Source of the DNA: a virus
Taxonomy: Duplodnaviria > Heunggongvirae > Uroviricota > Caudoviricetes
IMG/VR virus record: IMGVR_UViG_2917849834_000007
Span: 1 to 33,433 of that record
Strand: one strand, 5' to 3'
Length of the DNA stretch: 33,433 nucleotides
Shown here: positions 1-8,512 of the stretch, in pieces
How positions within the stretch are numbered: the first letter of the stretch is position 1
How the letters are laid out: each line of letters starts with the position of its first letter
The notes under the pieces: generated by a model
What the model saw: the letters and a program-made list of their open reading frames with translations, nothing else
What the model was told of the DNA's origin: nothing
Database searches by the model: none
Position numbers and translations under genes: made by a program

Positions 1-219
1 TCACATCCACATAATTTGCTGCCCTGACGGCAACGGGTGCGGCCTTACGGCGTGGACTTCTCCCGGCTTCACGATGTATCGCTGTACCGACTCATAAGTG
101 ATGAACGTGGCGCTGCAATTCACGTTCTGACACTGGTGATAACGCTCTTTTGTCGTGTCAGTGATATAGCGGCTTGTACGCGCATGTGCGGCATGCTGGC
201 ATAAAGGACAATGAAACAT
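1..219 (-). CDS. ogr: Ogr late-gene transcriptional activator, C4 zinc finger, 72 aa
   Basis: ORF track 1..282 (-); internal ATG at 217-219 (cat on + strand) gives MFHCPLCQHAAHARTSRYITDTT..., matching P2 Ogr as recalled; CxxC...CxxC motif. The 21-codon upstream extension is taken as non-coding. Confidence 0.9.
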   Translation of the reverse strand: MFHCPLCQHAAHARTSRYITDTTKERYHQCQNVNCSATFITYESVQRYIVKPGEVHAVRPHPLPSGQQIMWM

Positions 220-300
220 CGCGAGCACCTCTTCCGGTTTTTTTAATGGTGCCATTTTAGTTAATTTATCCTTATAAAACAAACAGATAAAAACAAAACA

Positions 301-1464
301 TCACTCATCATCTTCTGTTTCATACTCCACATCAGAAAGCCTGACCTCAAGCTCTAAGGACGTCGTGAAGCCGCTATTATTCAGAAAATGTGTCACCTTA
401 GTGATTGTCCAGTCCTGCTCGTCTATGACGCGCTTAAAGCCTGACACTTTGACCGGTGTTTCCGTGTAAATATCTGCCCGACCGGTAGCCAGGCTGATGG
501 AGAACTCCGCAACGCCCCGTTGCAGTTTATCCCACTTCGCCTGAGCGGCACGCATGGCCTGCGCTTTTGTGGCATATACCGTGGTCAGGGCAAAAACGTT
601 GTCAGCCTCACCGGCCATGTATTCACCTTCGCGCGCTTCCGGTACTTTTGGCGCTTTCTTCTGCGTGACCGGTTTCGCTTTCGGGTGCTCCAGTGCGCGC
701 AGGTGTTTCTCTTTCTTTTTGCGTTTCAGTTTTACCTTCTGCTTTTGCGGCTTCGGGTCTTTGGTATGTAACCACTTTGCCGTTACGCCGGTGTAAGCTC
801 CACGGTCAGCAATCGCAAAATGATGACGGTCGCCGTCGCTGCGGGTGAGGGTAATCTGCGGGATTTTTTTACCGCTGGCCGTCACCCCCTGCCCCGCTTT
901 GAGAAACAGCAGTTTTCCCATTTTTACCGACACCTCACCGCCGTTGCGTTCAGCAAGGCGGGTCAGGAATTTCGCATCAGACTCCTGCGACTGGTCGATG
1001 TGCGGAATTTTAATTCCGGCCAGTGACGGAGCGACACTGGCTTCCAGCCTGTTACGGGAGGCTATCGCTTCAACAATCGCACCGAGCGTGGTGTCATGCC
1101 AGGAGCCTTCCCGGCGGGTATTGAGCGTCCCGCGAAAATCTGCACTCCGGGCGCGGATGGTGACCACATCCGGCGCGCCCCGGTGTTCTATCTCATCAAC
1201 GGTGAATTTCCCTTTGCATACCAGGGCAAAACCTTTCCAGCCGATATACACCGTCAGGACAGCGCCACGAACCGGCAGCCCGACCTGCCCGTCGGCATCG
1301 TTCAGTTCAATATCAAGCTGGTCAGCCTCAAAGCCCCGGTTATCCGTCAGGGTCATGCTCATCAGACGGTCGCTGATATTACCGGTAATATCCCTGCTGT
1401 CGAGCATCAGCATGTAATCCGGCGTCAGCGTACTGCCTGCATCAAATGTCAGCGCATCCAGCAT
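301..1464 (-). CDS. D: Tail protein D (late control gene D family), 387 aa
   Basis: ORF track; size and position upstream of ogr match P2 gpD; lysine-rich central linker (KQKVKLKRKKKEK) typical of this family. Confidence 0.9.
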   Translation of the reverse strand: MLDALTFDAGSTLTPDYMLMLDSRDITGNISDRLMSMTLTDNRGFEADQLDIELNDADGQVGLPVRGAVLTVYIGWKGFALVCKGKFTVDEIEHRGAPDVVTIRARSADFRGTLNTRREGSWHDTTLGAIVEAIASRNRLEASVAPSLAGIKIPHIDQSQESDAKFLTRLAERNGGEVSVKMGKLLFLKAGQGVTASGKKIPQITLTRSDGDRHHFAIADRGAYTGVTAKWLHTKDPKPQKQKVKLKRKKKEKHLRALEHPKAKPVTQKKAPKVPEAREGEYMAGEADNVFALTTVYATKAQAMRAAQAKWDKLQRGVAEFSISLATGRADIYTETPVKVSGFKRVIDEQDWTITKVTHFLNNSGFTTSLELEVRLSDVEYETEDDE

Positions 1465-1943
1465 TATCCCGCCCCCGTCATACCCGTGAATCTGGTCGCC
1501 ATACTGCCAGCCTTACCGATGAGCGATTCCGCCTGTTTACCGATATCGCCATAAAGCGCGGCCAGTGATTCATCAACGCGGGTGAGCGACAGCGTAAAAT
1601 CAATTTTCCGGGGTGTGCCGTCTGCAAAGAAAATACTCCCTGTTTCACTCACCTTGCTGATGACATACATGCCGTAAATCATGCCGGTGCCATCCAGCAA
1701 CGGCCACGCCCGACCTTCCTCTGCCATCAGCCTGAGCGTGGTCATCGTCAGCTTTCCGCCGGTCAGTTCGGGATAAAGCACACCGGCCAGCGTCATGTTT
1801 TCCTCACCAACACCGAGAAACTGGTAGGCATCCCGTTTACCGATACGGGAATTTGACGGCCAGCGATAATCTGATTCACGCTGCATGGTCTGGTGTGGCA
1901 ACGTCTGGCGCATAAAAACAAGCATACCTAACGCGAGCATCAT
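1464..1943 (-). CDS. U: Tail protein U, 159 aa
   Basis: ORF track; position between T and D; start/stop overlap with D at 1464. Confidence 0.85.
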   Translation of the reverse strand: MMLALGMLVFMRQTLPHQTMQRESDYRWPSNSRIGKRDAYQFLGVGEENMTLAGVLYPELTGGKLTMTTLRLMAEEGRAWPLLDGTGMIYGMYVISKVSETGSIFFADGTPRKIDFTLSLTRVDESLAALYGDIGKQAESLIGKAGSMATRFTGMTGAG

Positions 1944-1957
1944 TTTTCGTCACCTCC

Positions 1958-4405
1958 TTAACCGTCATACATCATGCTGGCACGGGCGCGCGCACGTTTA
2001 TCCCGCTCGTATTTTTCGAGCGCATCCTGTAACTGGCGGTCAAGCTGTGTCCCCGGCGCAGTACCCCCCGTCAGGCTGATGTGATATTCGTTTTTACTCT
2101 GGTCTACATAAGAGCGGCCAGCCGGTGCCGTGACCGGCTGATAAGCCTGATAACCTGCATAAGAGCTGGTCGCCGGAATATAACCACCGCTGCCATACGT
2201 GGCGGCTTGAGTTCTGGCGGCGGTCTGGTCAAGTGTGTCTGACTCTTTGTTGATGACACCGAGTTTTTCCAGTACCCAGTCAATACCGCTGCGCAGTTTG
2301 TTGAACGCATTAAGCGGCAGCATCAGCGCGTCAGCCAGTGCCTGCCCGAACATGACGCCCGTGTCACGGCAACGGTTCAGCGCGTCCTGAGTGGCTTTGA
2401 CCGGGGCAATCAGGTTTTTAAACCACTGCCACGCGGCCTGTAACTTTTCGCCCAGCCAGTCAAACACCGGCTTCAGTGGCGTGAACAGTTCCCCCACCGG
2501 CGCAAATGCCGCTTTCAGCCCTTCCACCACACCGCCAAAGAATGCGCTGACAGGCTCCCAGTATTTACGGATAAGTAACGCCCCGGCGACAATGGCGGCC
2601 ACCACGGCCACAACCGGCCAGCTAATCGCCCCGATGGCCGTCATAACAGCACTGCCAACCGTCGTGAAGATTGCACCCATTGCGCCTGCTGCCGCGATGA
2701 TGGCATTGATGCCGGTGATAACCGGCCAGGCTACGAGGCCAATGGCACCGATGACACCAATCAGTGCCAGTGCACCACCGACAATGATGCCGATGGTTGA
2801 CGCCAGTGATTTGTTTTTCTGGATCCAGCCGTCGAGTTTTAACACATACTTTGTGGCCGTCTGCGTGAGCTTACGCAGTGCGCCTTCCTGCTGGTCAAAC
2901 AGGTCAGTCCCCACAGACTCATAAGCGGACTGAAACTCCTTAAAGTCACCGCCGAGGTTGTCCTGCATGATTTTAACCAGCTCTGCGGTCTTTCCGTCTG
3001 AGGCTTTAAACGCAGCGGTCAGTTTGTCCAGCTTTCCGGTTGAGGCGGCAGTCATCAGCACGGCGGCGGCTGAACTGGCCTCCTCCCCGAAAATGGTTTT
3101 CATATATTCAGCCTGCTGGGCAGTACCGAGCCGGTTTTTCTCAAAACTGGCCTGCATTTCTTTCAGAATGGTAAATATTGGTCGGGTGTTTCCCTTGCTG
3201 TCTGAAGTTTTCACTCCAAGCTCTTTCAGTGCATCCCATGCTTTTCCCGTCGGTGCCTGCAGGCGGCTTAACACGGCACGACTTCCCGTCCCCGCCATTG
3301 AGCCTGTGATTTTTGCATCATGCAGCGCCCCGACCATTGCGGCGGTTTCTTCAATGCTGACACCGGCATTTTTTGCCACAGGTGCGGCATAGGTCAGCGC
3401 ATCGCTCATACCGTCAAAATCGGCGGCGGTTTTGTTCATCGTCATGGAGAGAACATCCCCGATATGAGCGACCTTATCGTTTGAAAGCTGAAAGGCAGAT
3501 TTCATCCCCATCAGCAGGGCGGCGTTTTCTTCCATCGTGCGGCGGTTCGCCAGCGCCATATTCAGCGTGACCGGAGTTGCCGCCTGAATGGCATCAACAT
3601 CCCCACCGGCTTTCGCAATAATAATCTGCGCACCGGCTGCATCATCCGCCGAGGCGGCGGTATTATCGCCGAGCTGGCGCGCCTGCTTGCGGAGCGCGGC
3701 CATTTCGGCGGAGTCTTTTGCCACACCCAGCACGGCCTGCAATTCTGAGTTTTTCTGCGCAAACTCATAACCGGGCATCAGCAGCTTAACTCCGGCCATC
3801 GTTCCCGCAGCCGCAATCCCCACACCGGCAGCGCCCACTGAGGCCATATTTCCAGCCAGTTCCTTTCCGGCCTGATAACGCTGTTTGACTGCGTTAAGTT
3901 TTGCCTGTTGTGCACTGACACGCGCCAGCGCGTCACGCTGACGGTTAAGCTGTGCGGTGGTCTCACTGATACGGTTTTTCAGTCCCTGCTCATCATGTGC
4001 AAGATTGCGGGTATTAATTCCCACAGCGGCCAGTTCCCGCTGCTGGCGCTTAACGGAATCCGTCAGGCGGTTATATTTCGCCTGTAAGTCCTCCGCCGCA
4101 CGCTTTGCGGATTCCAGCACTTTCGCCTGAGCACGGGTCGGACGTTCGGTGTTTTTAAACTGTGTGGCAAGGGCTTCGGCTTCCTGCCGAGCCTTTTCAA
4201 GTGCATGACCAGTCACGGCGAGCTGTGCACTGGTCTTGCGGAATCCCTCAATACGGGATGCGTGACCGTTCAGCTCGCGCAGTGATTTTTGTGTTTCCCG
4301 GATATCCCCCGACAGCGACTTGCTCGCTGTGCGGATGGATTTAAACGGGCGGGATGCCTGGTCAACAGCCCTGAGCAATACCTGTAATTTTACATTGTTA
4401 CTCAT
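1958..4405 (-). CDS. T: Tail tape measure protein, 815 aa
   Basis: ORF track; long Ala/Gln-rich helical protein with hydrophobic segment; ATG at 4403-4405; position after E/E' as in P2. Confidence 0.9.
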   Translation of the reverse strand: MSNNVKLQVLLRAVDQASRPFKSIRTASKSLSGDIRETQKSLRELNGHASRIEGFRKTSAQLAVTGHALEKARQEAEALATQFKNTERPTRAQAKVLESAKRAAEDLQAKYNRLTDSVKRQQRELAAVGINTRNLAHDEQGLKNRISETTAQLNRQRDALARVSAQQAKLNAVKQRYQAGKELAGNMASVGAAGVGIAAAGTMAGVKLLMPGYEFAQKNSELQAVLGVAKDSAEMAALRKQARQLGDNTAASADDAAGAQIIIAKAGGDVDAIQAATPVTLNMALANRRTMEENAALLMGMKSAFQLSNDKVAHIGDVLSMTMNKTAADFDGMSDALTYAAPVAKNAGVSIEETAAMVGALHDAKITGSMAGTGSRAVLSRLQAPTGKAWDALKELGVKTSDSKGNTRPIFTILKEMQASFEKNRLGTAQQAEYMKTIFGEEASSAAAVLMTAASTGKLDKLTAAFKASDGKTAELVKIMQDNLGGDFKEFQSAYESVGTDLFDQQEGALRKLTQTATKYVLKLDGWIQKNKSLASTIGIIVGGALALIGVIGAIGLVAWPVITGINAIIAAAGAMGAIFTTVGSAVMTAIGAISWPVVAVVAAIVAGALLIRKYWEPVSAFFGGVVEGLKAAFAPVGELFTPLKPVFDWLGEKLQAAWQWFKNLIAPVKATQDALNRCRDTGVMFGQALADALMLPLNAFNKLRSGIDWVLEKLGVINKESDTLDQTAARTQAATYGSGGYIPATSSYAGYQAYQPVTAPAGRSYVDQSKNEYHISLTGGTAPGTQLDRQLQDALEKYERDKRARARASMMYDG

Positions 4406-4825
4406 TCGTGTTTCCGCTTCGCCGGAGCGCCTTTTCGCGCCATGTGATGAGTTCGGTCAGGCTCATGGGATACAGTTCTGATGGCGGCCAGTGAAATATC
4501 ACTGCCACATCCGCCATCAGGTCATCGACCGACAGATTTTTCGGGAACGTCACTGCACCGAGTTCGGCGACAAAAAACCGACCACCTTACCGGCCAGCGC
4601 CACAAGGTCAGGCAGTTCCAGCGCGGCGACTTCCTGCTCGGTCAGCATCGGTGCCGTCATGCGCGGCAGCACCTTAATCAGTGCATCGACTTCGGAGTTT
4701 GCGACCGCTGCCAGACTGACACCGCGCAGCGTCCCGGCATTAGGTTTCATCAGCGTGACCTGTTCGATAACCTGCTCACCACGCTTGACCGGATTGTCCA
4801 GGGTAATCACATTTTCTTTGTTCAT
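4398..4825 (-). CDS. E+E': E+E' tail assembly chaperone, about 142 aa, made by programmed -1 ribosomal frameshift
   Basis: Slippery T TTT TTG on the minus strand (+ coords 4571-4577) inside E. Hand translation of the -1 frame continues ...VAELGAVTFPKNLSVDDLMADVAVIFHWPPSELYPMSLTELITWREKALRRSGNTNE to TAA at 4398-4400, overlapping the T start codon. Matches the known P2 E/E' arrangement. Confidence 0.7.
4550..4825 (-). CDS. E: Tail assembly chaperone E, 91 aa (zero-frame product)
   Basis: ORF track; I re-translated the start (MNKENVIT) and end (GFLSPNSVQ, TGA at 4550-4552) from the sequence. Confidence 0.85.
   Translation of the reverse strand: MNKENVITLDNPVKRGEQVIEQVTLMKPNAGTLRGVSLAAVANSEVDALIKVLPRMTAPMLTEQEVAALELPDLVALAGKVVGFLSPNSVQ
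4571..4577 (-). other. -1 frameshift slippery heptamer T TTT TTG
   Basis: Read directly: + strand caaaaaa at 4571-4577; decodes G-F-L in the E frame. Confidence 0.7.
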
Positions 4826-4881
4826 GGTTTTCTCACTTCTGAATCAGGGTTAACCGGTCAGCCAGGCTGACCGGATGAAAA

Positions 4882-5400
4882 TCACAGGCCGATATTGCGG
4901 CGGTGTTGCTCCAGCCGGTCGACGCCGTTCACCTTCTCAATCATGTTGATGGTGTCAATTTCGACCAGCTCCTTACCGTCCATCGTCAGCCGGAAATAGG
5001 TGCAGACCACGGAGATTTTCGACTCGGTGTCTTCTCCCTGTTTACCCTCGCCGGTGTCGATTTCTTTCTGACGGCCACGCATGACCACTTCGACGGCCAC
5101 CGTTTCGCCGGTATCGTCACGCTGGTAAGAGCCTGCAAAACGAATCGGCACGGCATCCACACCGGTTGCGGCGTAAAGTTCCCAGATAACCGAATCCGGG
5201 AAGCCCCCGAGCGACCACTCCATTGACAGCGCATCGTCATCAAGGCCGAGGTCTACCGGTGCGCTGCCGTTCATCCCCGCACCGCGATAGTTTTCGAGCT
5301 TACGGGTCAGTTTTGGCAGCGTGACGGACTTCGCGACGCCCTGATAGCTGTAGCCGTTCAGAAAGACGTTCATTAACTTGAGTTTGCGCGGCATTGCCAT
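4882..5400 (-). CDS. FII: Tail tube protein FII, 172 aa
   Basis: ORF track; position and size as P2 gpFII. Confidence 0.9.
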   Translation of the reverse strand: MAMPRKLKLMNVFLNGYSYQGVAKSVTLPKLTRKLENYRGAGMNGSAPVDLGLDDDALSMEWSLGGFPDSVIWELYAATGVDAVPIRFAGSYQRDDTGETVAVEVVMRGRQKEIDTGEGKQGEDTESKISVVCTYFRLTMDGKELVEIDTINMIEKVNGVDRLEQHRRNIGL

Positions 5401-5412
5401 CGGTCAGGCTCC

Positions 5413-6603
5413 TTAATTGCTGTTAACCGAGGTGACCAGATTTGCCAGGTATTTATCGGTAATACGCTGGCGCAGGGTCAGGTTTTCAAGAGGAGGCACC
5501 GGGGTATAGTCGTAGTCGATATACAGTTTTCCGGCCTTGAGGGTTTCCGCATCGTTGGATTCTTCGCTGAACCAGCAGGTCGCATCCACGATATAGCCGT
5601 TTGTTTTCAGCTCACGGAATTTGGCATTGATACCGTCAACGATGTCGCGAATCAGCGTTGCGGTGATGGGCTTGTCCACCGCCCACATGTGCGCCTCAGC
5701 CATCGTGTCGGCCAGCACCTGCGCGGTGCGGGTGTAGTTTTCAAAGAGGAACAGCGGGTCATCAGAGCAGGTACGGTTACCCCAGAATCGGAAACCGTCG
5801 CGGCGAATCAGCGTAGTGACGCCTGACTCGTTAAGCAGGTCAGCATCAGTGCCGGACTCCTGCAAATCCCAGAATACAGATGCGCTGATGCCGGTAACAC
5901 CGTTTACCCCGACGTTGGACAGCGTTTTATGCCAGCCCTGCTCCTGGTCGATTTTAGCGCGCAGACCCAGCGCACGGGCGGTGGCATACGCGGTGGCGGT
6001 GGTGCTGGTGACCGTATCCCATGCGAGGAAATCCGGCCAGATGACCATCAGCTCACGCTGGCTGAAATTCTGGCGGTAGGCTTTCACCTCGGAAATGGTT
6101 TTACAGCCCCATGCGCTGATATACCCGAAAGCGCGCAGCTTCTGACAGACAGATGCCAGTGCAACAGCCACCTCTTTGGTGTCCAGTCCCGGTACGCCGA
6201 GAATACGCGGTTTAACACCGGTTACCGACTCCGCCGCCAGCAGGGCTTTCAGTCCGGTGTACTGACCGTTTTCGTCGGTGGTGCCGATGATATTGGAAAC
6301 GGTCTGCGCGAGTTTCGTTTCTTCGTCTTCGCCGGTGCCGTCTTCCACGCGCACGACAACGGTGACTGGTTTTGACTGGTCAGCGATGGCCTGCAATGAC
6401 GCCGCCAGCGTGCCTTTTTTACCTGCCTTTGCAATTGCGCTCTGCACATTGGTAATCAGCACCGGTTTATTGAGGGGGAAGGTTTCCGCATCCGCATCGC
6501 TGGCCGTACAGACCATGCCGACAATGGCAGTGGATACGGTGGAAATGACGCGGGTGCCGTCGTTAATCTCCAGCACCTGCACGCCGTGATGATAATCACT
6601 CAT
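5413..6603 (-). CDS. FI: Contractile tail sheath protein FI, 396 aa
   Basis: ORF track; ATG at 6601-6603 with GGAG ribosome-binding site upstream; position and size as P2 gpFI. Confidence 0.9.
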   Translation of the reverse strand: MSDYHHGVQVLEINDGTRVISTVSTAIVGMVCTASDADAETFPLNKPVLITNVQSAIAKAGKKGTLAASLQAIADQSKPVTVVVRVEDGTGEDEETKLAQTVSNIIGTTDENGQYTGLKALLAAESVTGVKPRILGVPGLDTKEVAVALASVCQKLRAFGYISAWGCKTISEVKAYRQNFSQRELMVIWPDFLAWDTVTSTTATAYATARALGLRAKIDQEQGWHKTLSNVGVNGVTGISASVFWDLQESGTDADLLNESGVTTLIRRDGFRFWGNRTCSDDPLFLFENYTRTAQVLADTMAEAHMWAVDKPITATLIRDIVDGINAKFRELKTNGYIVDATCWFSEESNDAETLKAGKLYIDYDYTPVPPLENLTLRQRITDKYLANLVTSVNSN

Positions 6604-6969
6604 CCGTTTAACTCCGTGGTTAATGGGTGAGTGGTATTTTCAGTTGTGCAGGGCAAGAGACGCTATTTGACCTGGCTGGTCAGTGGATGAAACAACAGAT
6701 AAAGAAAAGAGTGGCAATCAGCCCACCTGTCTTTATCTGTACTTACTCAGTTTCCAACTGAAAATTTATATAGCCAGAACACTAGACTATGAATCACTCG
6801 CAGAGCGTTTTAACCAGTGTTACGTCCACAGGCTGAACTCACAGTGAAAAGCAAATAGGGGATATTTTCCTCGTTTAAATGTTCAGTCAGGTCATTGCAA
6901 AAATCATGCACCACTGGAGTTAACCAGAGCCAAGATATAATCTCTTAGCTCTATTTACATTTAGGTACA

Positions 6970-7674
6970 TTATTTTTGTTTTTTTGGTGGCCTTGAGTGT
7001 TTTTCCGGTAATTTTTCTACGATTTTAAAAATGTTATTATCTTTTAGTACTGTTCGCATTACAAAGCTTTCTATAACAGCCAAAAGCGATTTAAATTCAT
7101 CTTCGTTCGGTGCCCATGCCCTATGTGCAGCTGAGTTGCCAGCTTCAGTTACAATTTTAAGTTGCTCTTTTTCTTTTTCCCCGATAAAACCTTCATCTTT
7201 GAGAATATCAACTTTCTGGCTTAATGTATATCCAGGGTGAATATCCAGAACCTCAACGGTTCTGTCAAAAATAGTTCTAAGCCCAATTGCCGCCAAAATG
7301 AATGATTTATTTTGAAATGCGATATACATTTCGTTCATTATTACATATAGCTGATAATCTTTGCTTAGCACCTCACCAAACCAATCAGGTCTAATTTCTT
7401 CCTGCTCTTGAGTAGGATATATTGATATATGTTCGTTATATATCATAAAATCATGCCCCGACCCATCTCTTTCTATGTCGTAATCTTCACTGTGACGGGA
7501 CTTTATATATGTAAATACTCCATCACACCCCATACACTCTAATAAATTATATTCACTCTCAGCCCAAAAGTAGTCATCCCCATCATTTTTACTCCACTCT
7601 CTTTTTGTATGACCTATTGTGAGACAATTTTTTTCACCTTTACAGTATGGGCAAGGCGCTTTAATTTTTTCCAT
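6970..7674 (-). CDS. AT-rich cargo protein, 234 aa, N-terminal CxxC...CxxC zinc ribbon, at the Z/fun position
   Basis: ORF track; ATG at 7672-7674; CPYC (aa 7-10) and CMGC (aa 47-50); sits between G and FI, flanked by non-coding AT-rich DNA (6604-6969 and 7675-7933); composition clearly lower in GC than the flanking tail genes. Confidence 0.75.
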   Translation of the reverse strand: MEKIKAPCPYCKGEKNCLTIGHTKREWSKNDGDDYFWAESEYNLLECMGCDGVFTYIKSRHSEDYDIERDGSGHDFMIYNEHISIYPTQEQEEIRPDWFGEVLSKDYQLYVIMNEMYIAFQNKSFILAAIGLRTIFDRTVEVLDIHPGYTLSQKVDILKDEGFIGEKEKEQLKIVTEAGNSAAHRAWAPNEDEFKSLLAVIESFVMRTVLKDNNIFKIVEKLPEKHSRPPKKQK

Positions 7675-7933
7675 GATAATTATTTTCCGCTTGAGTTAAC
7701 ATCGATACAGCATACATGCAAATAGGTTACAAATGATAACTTGACTGTATGTTTTACCACAATAATGTTTATGTGAAGTAGTTACAAGCATCCCTTTTTC
7801 TTTTACCGTAGATTATTTGCATTTATTAACACTGAGTTGGGGCATAATTTCCGCATTTGGCACAGGGCAGACCGCCAGATTGGGTTCTACACTGTGCTAT
7901 AGATGCGTAACCCCACACCAGATCTAATACGAT

Positions 7934-8512
7934 TTATTGTGGCATTTCCGGCCATTCTATATCCGGAGCATTTTCCGGCTGAACGCGATTCAGTAGCACA
8001 CGGTATTTTTTCCAGTGTGTCAGGCTTAACTTTTCTTCCTCGGTAGCCATATCTAAATCGACAGCATCCTGCAGCGTGGCAATAATTTCACCTGCATATG
8101 CAATCAGCTCTTTCTTCTGAGAGTCAGCCGCTCTGACAAGCGCATCACGCTCTGCATTCTCATCATTCACCCACGCATTTCCGTCCCATTTCTGATAATC
8201 CCCATCCGGGGAAATGGCTGTCACGTCTGGAGGTAATGCGCCAAGTTCAGAAATATAAATGGCTGCTCCCGTTTTCGTTTCGTAGACAGTCTTTCCGCGA
8301 TGATCTTCCATCAACTCCCATTTCATTTCATCTGCATTGAAAACGGCTGCATAACCAGCCGGTATATCAGGCGGCGCAATATCTGTACTGTTTGCAGGCA
8401 GACCTGTATACGGTGGAATATACGCGTCACTTTCCCCAATAAATTCATTGGTTCCATCAAGTAAATTAAATACGCGGATAGTTTGTGCTTCTGCACTCAT
8501 TCTGAAAGCCAT
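7934..8512 (-). CDS. G: Tail fibre assembly chaperone, 192 aa
   Basis: ORF track; ATG at 8510-8512 overlaps the H stop (TAA 8512-8514); position downstream of H as in P2. Confidence 0.8.
   Translation of the reverse strand: MAFRMSAEAQTIRVFNLLDGTNEFIGESDAYIPPYTGLPANSTDIAPPDIPAGYAAVFNADEMKWELMEDHRGKTVYETKTGAAIYISELGALPPDVTAISPDGDYQKWDGNAWVNDENAERDALVRAADSQKKELIAYAGEIIATLQDAVDLDMATEEEKLSLTHWKKYRVLLNRVQPENAPDIEWPEMPQ

Noticed and set aside
1-282. N-terminally extended versions of ogr (1..282), X (16284..16556), L (16487..17056), O (18975..19895), P (19973..) and lysC (14504..14911)
   Set aside because: The internal ATG gives the protein start I recall for P2 and, where checked, a better ribosome-binding site or overlap geometry. 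Some ORF-track entries begin at GTG or TTG.
520-1554. Plus-strand ORFs of 68-190 aa (520..771, 554..796, 820..1026, 845..1417, 1096..1554) inside gene D
   Set aside because: They lie antisense within a well-supported phage gene; their proteins are low-complexity and Arg/Ser/Cys-rich, typical of reverse-frame artefacts in GC-rich coding DNA. The same applies to antisense ORFs inside T, FI, H, J, V, N, O, P, Q and A.
6640-6665. Ogr-dependent late promoter element (TGT-N12-ACA) upstream of FI
   Set aside because: The closest candidate is TGT-N12-ACG at 6645-6662, one mismatch, and only about 50 bp from the ATG; I also found no exact match in the O/P intergenic region, so I am not calling specific late-promoter coordinates.
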